Source of the DNA: Phoronis australis
Taxonomy: Eukaryota; Animalia; Phoronida
Direction of reading: 5' to 3'
Length of the DNA stretch: 64,000 nt
Assembly: GCA_002633005.1 (NCBI GenBank)
Contig: NMRA01000097.1
Coordinates: 579,273 to 643,272, forward strand
The notes under the pieces were generated by a model. It made no database searches. It was not told the origin of the DNA and saw only the letters and a program-made list of their open reading frames with translations. The position numbers and the translations under genes are program-made. Below, piece after piece: positions 42,101 to 53,500 of this stretch (positions are counted from its first letter, which is position 1; each line of letters starts with the position of its first letter).

Positions 42101-45100
42101 CGTGTTGTAGATGGTCCCAATAGTCTGTCAGTGGCCAGTGACCTCGGAACAGTTGACAACAGTGCCAAAACCATAGGAGTACATTATGGCAGCACATACC
42201 GGGTGAGCTGCACTACGAACGAAGTGAACCAGGAGGCAGTGACGAAGTTTGGCTTTCTTTTTGAAAATGGCTCGATGGCTCTGTCAAACAATTCGGCCAA
42301 CCTCTTCGGTCTTGGCGCAGTTTATCCGATTGTAGGAACCGGCGTATTGAATGGGGGAACGGTTTACACCAGTACTATATCCTTTGTAGCTGATCTCTCC
42401 ATCCACGACCAGAGTTTGAGATGTAAATCTTTCAACAAAGATAACACAGGCTTTGAAGTGGAGCTCTCCTTCAAAGTCCAAATCTTGTGTACGGTTTGTT
42501 TGTTTCCTGTATTTGACCGCAATCTGAGCAGTATTTCAGCCACACAGTTTTAGCTGTTGCTTGCAGCCGAATAGCAAACAGGTAAAAGCTTCGGCAACAT
42601 ATGCCAATGGTCAGTGTTTTTCAAAAGCACTGGACAAACCCGTATGCGTGCCCAGGCTCTCATATGTTTACGAAAACTTCCAGCATTTGCTTTAGCCACG
42701 CGCGATTACCGGTGATTTCAGGAATATACTTGTAGCCCACTAACATAAATCCTCTTGGGGGCCGTTTCTGAAACAAAGACCGAAAGAACCCAAATAGAGG
42801 CTTCGTGGTCCTTTTGGATTCCTGGTAATTTCCGAAAAATATCAAACTTGAGACACTACATTTTTATTGCTGAATCAGTGGAGGCGTTGCCAGACTATTT
42901 TTGTGTTAGCCAAACTGCCGAAAAAGTAAAATCTGGTTGGTGTATCGAGTCCATGACCGGCCGATGTTTCTTTGACCGCCCATGGTCTTACACGTGCTGC
43001 CTCCTTAGTTTGAAAATTGCGGGCTTCGAAGGCAGTACAGTAATCCACCAATTATGAGTTAACACCGTGGACGTTCCGTTACCGGTACTGGTGGATCGAA
43101 ACCCCAAAGCGCTGCATTTTATAAATCGGAAGTGCAAGATACACGCATAAAAATGAATGCGCTCACATTTCACTAGCTCGGTAACTTTGAATCCTGCAGG
43201 CTGTTCCGTCTTAACATTATGCTTTGAAACTGATGGTCATTTTCGACACTTTGCTTGAATTTACCGGGAAGTTTTTGATTTTGGACATTTTTGATATCCG
43301 GCGCTTTCAGTGCTATGACTAATTTGCGTCGGAACGCTTAATGCCTTTAATACATGTATCTATACCTCAACCAAAACCAGTCACACTATCCAGAAAGGCA
43401 GGGCACAGTTAAGAAATATTAAATGGCCGTTTTAAATTGAATGTGCAATGTACATGGAATGAACTGAAAATTACCGAGATCGTTCGCGGAATGAGAATGT
43501 GGTGCACGTTCGCTAGGAGTAGGGAAGACCGCAAAAATCTAACGGAACATTCCGGCACCAACACGTATAAGTTGTACTTTGTAATTGACTCTACACAAAC
43601 ATTACAAAGCTGTCAACACTACAGCGCCACGCAGCGGCATCACAATTGATTGGAAGCATTCCTGCGAAGACGCCCAAACCTCAATGCTCGTGCAAAAGGA
43701 GGGGCATGTGAAGGAACAAGTCATACTGCACAGTCCCCATTTTACCTTTTGCGGCGTCGGGGCACATTGTTCAGAATTTATCCAGAATCTCAGCGTCAAA
43801 TTCAAAAGAAAAATTCAAAGGTTGTTCATAGCTAATGATGTTACTTGATGGTTTCTGAAAGAGGGCCCGATGACAGGATAAATCCTCACTCGACCGTTTA
43901 TTCTTAGCGTACCACAGCACTCTCATCCAACAACACATTTTGAAAGCTCTATAAAAATGAGCAAAATGGCTTTACTTTAGATTATATATTTCAGACGATG
44001 ATGATTTGTTTCTACATGACGACCATTTAGCTGCAAGAATTGGCTGATAAATCCGAATCAGACAGTAGTTTTGGTCGGTTCTGAGTGCACTTCTGTGATA
44101 ATTTTGAGGCGGTTGGTCACGTACCAGCAGAATACAGCCGCTTGTCTTCGTGCTTTGAGGTCAAAGTTGAAACGGTTACGCCCCTTTCACACATTTCAGG
44201 TTCAGAGGGCGGTTCATGACGAGTCCGTTATGCGCCATGAAGTGTCCAGGTAAAGGTAAATCTCCTAGATTTCGATGCGTAAATGTGAACGTGACTCAGC
44301 CTTTGACTGCAATCTCGAAAGACTGCAGGGACGTTTCGGAGTTGTCGATTCTATCACAGAAGCCACGATGTTTACGTGGTTTCTTCCAGAGTGAACAGGT
44401 TTCACTGCGATCGGTCATCATGTGCATTCTTCCCAAATGCGTGCACATGCTGTGGAGCCCCGCCAGAATTCTCCACACATCGCGGAGTCAAAATTACTAC
44501 GAAAACACGGACGTTTACGCAATTGGCTCGATACGTTACTTATCCGTTATGTGATGGAACTGTAAAAAGAACAGATCGTAAATATTGTGTGAACATTTTC
44601 AGCTGATGAAATTGGTAGAAAATTTTATTTGTATTTGAAATAAGTTCGTTTTATGCACATTGTATTTAAATTTTCAATAGCGAGATCGTAAACACCTGGC
44701 CATTCATTAAAATTACCGGTTTTAAAACAAAACGTAATCTTTTCGTACTACTTTCAGCTTTCAATGTTTATATTAATGTAAATCTAAATATATGGAGAAT
44801 AAATTCGTTTAAGAGTCAAAAAATTGTCAATTTAAGCGTTTTCTCTTTTCAACATCACTTCAAGGCAAATAACCTGACAAATGTAATAAACCGTTGAGTA
44901 TACTCAAAAAACGTACACCTTCACCACAAGGAGCAAGCTCGGTCCTTCTAACGTTCGTCAGTTTCCGTATGACGTCGCCATGTACATTCAAGCTTTTGCA
45001 CTGGATTTTCCGCCAAATCCGATCTTTGTCTTATCTAACGAAATTTTAAGGCACTGAAAACATTTTTGCGAGCCTAAAACCATCTAGATAACTACTCAAT

Positions 45101-48100
45101 TTTTTACCTCCGCTGTGACGGTTCCCCGCAGTGGCACGCCGCATTTGTTCGACCAATCGGCTAAATTTTCACATCAGAAAAACAACAAACTTCTTTGTCA
45201 TATTTATTGTCTGATACTTTGAACATCACTCATACTTATGTAACAGGCATTTTAACCAATTCTTTCGTGCTAAAATTGAATTCTAGATGAACGATTGAAC
45301 GACGTTACTTTAGCAAAGCTTCGACACTCGGTGACGTTTGCATGAGAAAAGAATTGGTTACTGAGAGTAAGATTGCAAGTGATGACGAAAGAGTCTTTCA
45401 GCTCCTAAAGAAAAAAATCTCTTCAACTGGAAGTGGACGCTGACATTAAGAACGAACATGCTTGGGGAAGGAATACTGGCGGTGATGTGACAGTGAGATA
45501 ACGGATCTCGGTTCCCGTACTTGGCTAAGTGTTGCGTGTACTCGCTAAAGCCCTAAACAGCATCACGGAAAGCAGTTAGCCTGTATCGAAGATGCAAGTC
45601 TGTAATAAATGTTCTCTCTCTTGTAGCCCGGGTGGTCGATTTATCTTTAACTGTCGTTAATGAAGCCGGGAAGGTGTTCTATGAAAGGTCCAAATCCTCG
45701 AGTTTATCTAAGCCGTTGACCACCGATGAAGCCTACACCGCCATTTGCAGATTCAGAACCGACATTCCACTGGCACAACTTCGCTGGGTACTTGCTAATG
45801 GGTGGAAAGGCGTCAACATTGACCACCAAAATCAAACTGTTCTGTTTGATGGTGGCACTCGCGTTTACGCATACGAAAAGAGGTTCAACGTGAAAGCTGC
45901 AGATAAACTGAATGACCTTGAGCTCAAGTGCGAAGCGCAACACGACATTGTGATGGAAATCCAGTCGGAAGTAACATTCACCCAAGAAGTTATATGTACG
46001 TGAGCATTTAGTAATTTCGTGTTGCCGTATCTCCCATGCATGGGCGGCACACCACTGAAAAAATGGGAGGCTATTGCTCCCCCAGACGCCATGGTGCGCC
46101 GCCCATGTCTCTAATCTCTTGCATTTTTGCGCTGAAGCCTGTTTCATGACAGTGGCTTTAAAACATTTGAGACAAAAACTATGTATTCTTAAAAGCTCCC
46201 AGTCTACTTTGCTGAATATGGGCTTAGCCAAACATGAAGTATGAGTGCATCATAGTCTGGATTTAATTTATAGAAATTAGCTCAGTAACTTGCTGTGTGT
46301 GAGTGACTTGGCACTTTCGCGTAGGTGAGATTCGATTATTTTTCAGAAATACCTATGTGGAGCGTAAGACAAAATTTCTGTCTTTAGTTTTAATTCACTT
46401 TTCATCAGCATACGCCAGGCTTCGAGTCTAACCTATTTACCCGAAATCGAACTGGAACGCATCGTTGACACTTCCCGCTCTCGTTTAATGACAACTCAAG
46501 ACGAGTGTCTATAATTCTTTGCTCGTGTACATGTACCTTACGGTTTACGTGGGTGATATTACAATCCAAGTTTGCACTTGATGACTTCAGCGTTTAAGTC
46601 ACGAGTTCGAACCCGAACTCGAAATTACGAAGTTCTTCTCGGCCGAAATCTCGAGTTTTTATTCAAAGATGTAGATGGAATTTAAGAGTCGCCTAGTGTG
46701 AACTAGGGCTAAAAAAATCCTCTGAGGAACCCAATAAGGGCACGCGCATAGATTATTAAACCACTGAATTTGTATTGAAGCAGGACGGAAAATGTCAAAA
46801 AGTAGAGAGATTACACACGGCAGTATGTCCCAGCTCAAACTTAAACCAACCAAAACATATCTCTGGCAGTTCATTTGATAACAGTACATTGTAAAAGTTC
46901 CTTTTCGCCCCGTTTAAACGGCTAAAAATGAAAATCTAGTTAGGTACGTCACTCTCACAAAATGTGCAACGTAAATCTTGCCCTGATAGGATTCCGCTTC
47001 CACACGGTGTCGAAAAAGACTCTGTTATTATACGTGGGCGCTATTTCCTCACAGCGGCTCATTAGCTAGATTGTTTCAGTTTAAGCGTTAGCCATTACTA
47101 CCGATTAAGCTGACTTGGTAAGGAGTTTGTCAACTAGGCAACACGTGGCCCATCGGTTGGCCATTTAGGGGCTACAATACTTCCTTTCGCTTTCTGTACG
47201 CATTTCGTTACATGTATTTTGAACGGGCGGTAGGCCAAATCCAGGGGGGGTGATTTGTCTTGGGAAGAACTGGCGGATCGTTCTTGGCAGGTCGATCATT
47301 GCACGCGTTGGTCTTGTTCTTAAGTATCAAAGAAGTGTCAGTTCTTCTCTTGCCCAAAACTCAGTCCTCGTATGAGCAAGGACACGTTTAGACATAGTTA
47401 ACAGTGGTGAAGGGTCTAAACCGAACTTCTGTTTCATTTACGGTTGTCGTACACCTTTGCAGTTGGGCCTCGGGCTTTAGAATTTACGGCCTCGGGAGGT
47501 GCTCTAGATGCGACAAACGAAATGTTCGGCATCAACTACGGCACCACTTACACGCTCATCTGCAGCACCGATAACGTCAACAACGAAGCAGATATCGTGT
47601 ACACACTGACTCCAGCTCCACAAAACAGCATTCAGATTGTCAATAGTGCCGTAGACGATAAATTCGGGGGCAAGAACTTTAAAGCGGCTATGACATTTAA
47701 CGCCACTGTGGAGATGCATCACGTGAATGTCTCGTGCAAGTCCCACAACGTCGACCAATCGAAATACCAACAGTTGCGACGTTTAGATCTGTACCTGCTG
47801 GAAGGTGAAGTATTCGTTTACATCTTTTGTCAGCTTGAAAATAGTGTTCCGAAAATTGACGACTTTAAAACTTGAAATTCTTTAAATAATTCCTGACAAA
47901 AGATACGGAAAGTTTCCTTACATTTTGTCTACGCTACTGTGATAAACATGTGTCACTTTAAGGTAGAATTTCCTCCTTCAATTTAAACTGTGTATGTCAA
48001 GACACTAGTACTTTTTTATGCTTTTCACGGATGTACTCGAACTCATGTAAAATGCATGACGGTTGCATCAACCAACCAATCGTCTTCCCTGCCAATCTTG

Positions 48101-50526
48101 CTTCTCTGTAGGCATGAGCTACACAAATTGGAAGATGACGACGTGATACCTCAGGGAGGGGGGACTCTCCGTGGTTGGTGTAACATGTAACGCAAACTCA
48201 GATATATGTAGGTCTAAACTAATGACAATAAAACGACATCCTGAAAACTGTGAGATCAAAATGGGCTAGGCCTACAGGTGGCGCCCGTTTCTTTAGACTT
48301 CTTGATACGACATAATAATCCATGCGCGCACCCAGTATAAATTATGGGGGGCTCGAATTTTTGACAATGTGAACCTTTTACTAACAAAATACAAGGGAAT
48401 AAAAAACGGGTACCACGTTCAGAGTTATGAGTTGTGCATTCGTTCCTTTTTAGTAGACTTTTGTCTCGCTTTCTTGGACTTTTTTTGTTTAGCTGAGGCG
48501 GACCTTTTTGCCCACTTCGCCAAATGGGGGATCCTTCGAGCCCCCGAGCCCCCCCGGGTGCTCGCATGTAATAAGGTTATTAACTTACGATATTGCCTTA
48601 GATCTATTCCATGAAGACTGAAATGGATCTCAGCTAAGACGGATTTTGGTCTAAATGACAAAAATATTTTAGAAAGTNAATTCCCCCAGATTACATTTGA
48701 CAGTTCGTCAGTGCAAGTTTCTGACGGGCAAAATCCTAGGATCCGTCCCTGCTCATGATGCCAAACGAGGTAAGATAAAAGATACTTTCTTTCCCATCCG
48801 GCATCTGACAAAAGCACCGGACACACAGTGCAGCGCTAACCAACCTGCTCTGCATGCTTACTTTTTTCCTCGTAAACGATATTTCCCTCGTAATTGGGAC
48901 TCAACAGTGTTTTATGAACCACGAGCATTCCTTTTCGGTTTAATAATAACCCGACTTTGTATCTTAAAAATGTCGCATTAAAGCCACTTTTCAAGAAATG
49001 AAACAGCCGTGGATTCGCTGTTTGACGTTATACGATATGATAAAAGTTTCCTCACACACACATTTTTGTTCTGCAAATGTCGCAATTTCCAGAAATGGGT
49101 AAAAATTTTTACTCAATGACCGATGGTAGATTGTCCAAATTGGATGTGTATGATAATACATATGATTTTCGGCGATTCGCTTTTTGAAAACAAAGGTCAT
49201 GAGAGGAGCTTTACAGTGTTTAGTTTAAGGAGTAACTTCGTGTTTTGACATCTTTCTTGGTTTCCTTCTATAAACCCAAAAAGCCGTCTCAATGTAAATT
49301 GATTGGATAACACTGTTTTAGTCACTTTTTTCAATGTCTGCTGGTACATTGAATAGAAGAAACGACCAAAAACTCATAAACAGTGTTCGCGTCATTGTCA
49401 GTTTTCTCCAGTATTAGTGATAACATGGAATTCCGTTGTCTAAGTACTGTTTATTTGAATCACAGGCGCTTGGGTTTATCGCAAATGACGTCACTCATTA
49501 ATATACAACTGTGTAAGATGACATAAAGGTTGGACACTTAAACTTTGCCAAGCCGAGGCTCCCAACTTCAACCGTCCAAAATCCAAATAAAATCTGCGTG
49601 CACCTCCCTTAGCCTGGTATTGCAGAAACATTCAAAGCCTTATCTTTCCTAGATCCCATTAACTGTCTTCGTGAGTGGTGAAGTGGCGATGGAATTTCCA
49701 AAACAATCTCAAAACTCTGAATTCAAGGACCTGAAATAGTAAACGGATTTCAGTTGTGCTTCAACTTGTACGCCTGTCGTAGGTGAAACTTCGAGTTTGA
49801 GTAAGCAACCTATATTTCAAATTCAATAATTCTAATCCAAAACTTAACTATTGAGAATGTTAAAGTTAGTATTTTAATGATTATTTGTAACTTTATTCCA
49901 CTGACGGCTCATTTTAGCCCTTAACTTAGAAATTTGTTACATAAACTGGTGTATCTTGTTTCTCATCTTGACATAACGCATGTTTTTGATTGAAGCACAA
50001 CACACTCGTCCAGGAAACGCAGTCCGTGTAAGTATTACAATGCGCGTGGCCGACGAGTTAACTCAATGGTTTTGGCCAAAAGTAAAACCTTCATAAGAAA
50101 TCACAGTACACAAAACCTTCGCATATCAATACAGTATCAGGATAATTTATATTTGACACAAATATGTGAGTAATTACATTTATTTGGCAATAAAGTGCTC
50201 TCTGCTTCTCATGATCAAGTAGTCGAGGGATTGACGATGAAAGCCGCGCGAAATTAGACTTTCGGATTTAACTCGGGAGCGTCCGTCAAAAACCCGGATG
50301 TGCGAAGACCGTCTGCCATGACATCACGGAATCAGGTGCTTGAATTTGTGATTTTGGCATTCTTTTGGCATTGTTGTCGCCAAATGACCACTCGAAGGCA
50401 ATTTGACGAGATCAAATGAAAGAAGGTATTCTAAGAGTTGTTCGATGCTAGTTTCGTGGAGTTCCAAGCACATTTGAGTAGAAAATTTTTAGGAAACAGA
50501 TTTCGAGTGTCCAACCTTTATGTTTT

Positions 50527-50580
<54 letters not shown>

Positions 50581-53500
50581 AGTGACGTCAGTTGCGATAA
50601 ACCCAAGCGCCTGTGATTTGAATATGCATGGAACGCTAACATGTAACTCGTCAAAACATTGTTTACACTATTCCTAACGAAAGTATCATCACTCAACGTT
50701 TAGTACAAAGTAATTCACTTTCCCCTTTGATGAAATTTAGAGAAAAGAAATCACAAAATTCACGATTTTTGAAAGACGCGCGAAGGAAAACTGTGGTTAC
50801 CACATAGTTTCTAATTTCCCTCTCACTTAGGATGAATGCGCACACAATCAGTTGCTTGAAGTTGGTTGAGGTCAAAGGTGACATTTTCCATAAGTGAAAT
50901 GTGCTACGTCTAATATCCTGCCATACGAAATAAGGAGACGTGTTTGGGTTGGGGGAGAAAAATCGACGAATTAACGAGCAGTTGATAGGTCGTATTTTTG
51001 AAATTTGAAACTACAAGAAAATGCTTTGATATCAACAGAAATCAAAAATCTTTACAAACAAACTATAAAATAGCTGGTGAGCAAATTGACTTTTGTTTCA
51101 GTGGCAGAGAAACACTTTCAATATTTGTTTGGTCATTTCGTCACAGGGGAATTACTCTGTACTAGACTTTGCGAGATGGTTCTTTCATAAAGAATTGTTT
51201 AACATATATTTTTAACGAGTGTTTGCGTTCCATGCCTCTTTTAAATATTTCTGAACTATAAGTAGTACTTGATTGCTCGACCTAAAATAATTTCTTTTAC
51301 AATTGTTCGTCTTTACATCAAAACAAATTTCTATAGTGTGTTCTTCTAACTGTGTTGCTCGGGGAGCTATTGCACAGATGGGATCCGCACTCAAGGAGCA
51401 TTTTTGGACAATGCGAGAATTGTAGAAAGAAGTTATCCAACAACGAATGCCGTATCGTATTTCACGAACTCTGCACCAGCGTTACAGCTAACTACATAAA
51501 CTATCTAGGTCAAGGTTACAATGTATGTGGGTTGGCGTGTTTCAGTTCCCTAGAACTTTTCAAACGGATGCGCCTAAGTTCCTCCAAAGTGCGGCAACGG
51601 AACAGAATAGATCGGGATATCGAAATTCTAGGTAATAACTTACTGCCTTGAACTTTGTGATGAAGCTCCTCCTATTTACTTCATTCCAGCTCCTGGTTTG
51701 ACTCGTTACACACTTTTTCACTAATCAAATATTTACCATTTCAAGGCAAACCACCAGAGATTGAAATAAGCCTTCAAAAGGAGAGCAACCGCGACCCACA
51801 CATATCTCTGAAACAGAGACTGTGGAAGCCCTTGGACTATGGGACCGTGTACATTATAATCTGCAGCACAGTTGTAAATTTACCTGACGTACGCCTTCGA
51901 TGGAGCACGACTTTTGGGGAGACAGCAACCAAAAACTTGGCTTCGGATGATACGTATTCCACGACCTTCACCTTTACAGCCACCGAAAAGCAAAACCAGC
52001 AGACGATTGTGTGCACTGCCTCTCATGACACTGTTCGCGAGCTCAGTGCAGCACGAAACGTCACTCTAGATGTAACCTGTAAGCAAATTAGCTTTGCATT
52101 CGACTCTTTACCTAGTACAGGCTTAGCGCTGTATACATTTGCTTGAATCTACGTTCTCTGTTGGCGTGGCTATGCGGCGATTGCCCACTTATCCTCAAAA
52201 AGATTATAACTGGGGAAATACCTGTACAGTGTAGTTCTAAATCGAAAGACTAGGTTTTGACGACATATGCCAACTAGATGTTGCCATGCATGTCTCTTAG
52301 AAATATACAAACCAGAACGATAAATTTCTTTTGATGTTTTCTGCTTTACTTTTATGTAAATTTAATTAAAAGGATACCAAACCCGGTTTTGGCCTGGTAA
52401 CTGATACTGAAAACGACTTTCCTGCAAGTTCTCCCAAACAAAGCAATGCCCTGTAACCCTCGGATATTCTCAAAAGTTTGGAGGAAAATGTTAAAACTCC
52501 TTTCAGAGTCTGCTAAATGGGCAAGCGCAACCTACGTTTCATAGCGAATTACACGGTAACTGTGGGAAAAGACCACCCACCAATGTCCAATCCGTGACAT
52601 AAAAAGTATGATTTTTAGTTGATTCATGAATTTAACATGGGAGATTGGCGCCTGTGATGCAGTGCCTGGTGAAAGAAAGAGGATTAATTGAAATCATCAA
52701 AACAGGCTTTAGTGTTCTTTTAATTCTCGCGGTTTGTGCGTTTAAGTCCACTAAGGTTTAAGCAGGTGAATGCCTAATCCCAGTTCGCACATTACGGCAC
52801 TTAGATTCAAGTTGAACTCCAGAGTTCATAGTACATGGCAGTAAGTCTAATTTCTGCAGTCGAAACTCGTCTTGAATTCTAACCAATTTATGGTACACCT
52901 CCAGTAATCTTAAAACTATGTACTCGAATCATAGAACATGATTGTTAAATTTCGGCACCTGAGTTTAGAGATTAGACCATTTGCACAGATTTTGAATTCA
53001 AAATCCAATTGGTGTCTTCAGATTTTATTCGCCAAGCGACAAAAAATCACCCCTTGACAGCGACATTGTCGCAAACAACAGAATAGTACATTCAAATGTA
53101 GCTGCATCCAGACCTTTACATTTCACGTGCCATACGTATGGTTCCTTTCAAGTTGGTCCTACTCAGATCACTTTTTCCGTGGACGGTGGGGACGCAAAGT
53201 TTGAGCGGAGAGCCGCAGGAAGTGGTGTGTCGCTATTACTTTTAACCAACATAATTTACACGATACATTGCATAACGGACAGCTTTAACGATCAAGTCGA
53301 CTTGGATTTCTTCGGTGATCTCTCTAAAGTCCGTCCCACGCGGCAGTCCAATGAGACGGCGAACGGCGGGCGGACGTTGAAAATTTCGACTTCGTTTGAC
53401 GCCGACACAGTGCACGGTTTTCGATTCTACTGCTCGTCTGCAAATCAAAGAAATCGCCAGTTTCATGCTCGGACAACGACATATACTGCTCACGTGTCAA

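Noticed and set aside
43430-44600. Possible transposon coding relic (SWIM-like AG..C.H..W.KP on minus; LEAFLRRRPNL on plus)
   Set aside because: Motifs are too degenerate and lie on conflicting strands; needs a profile search.
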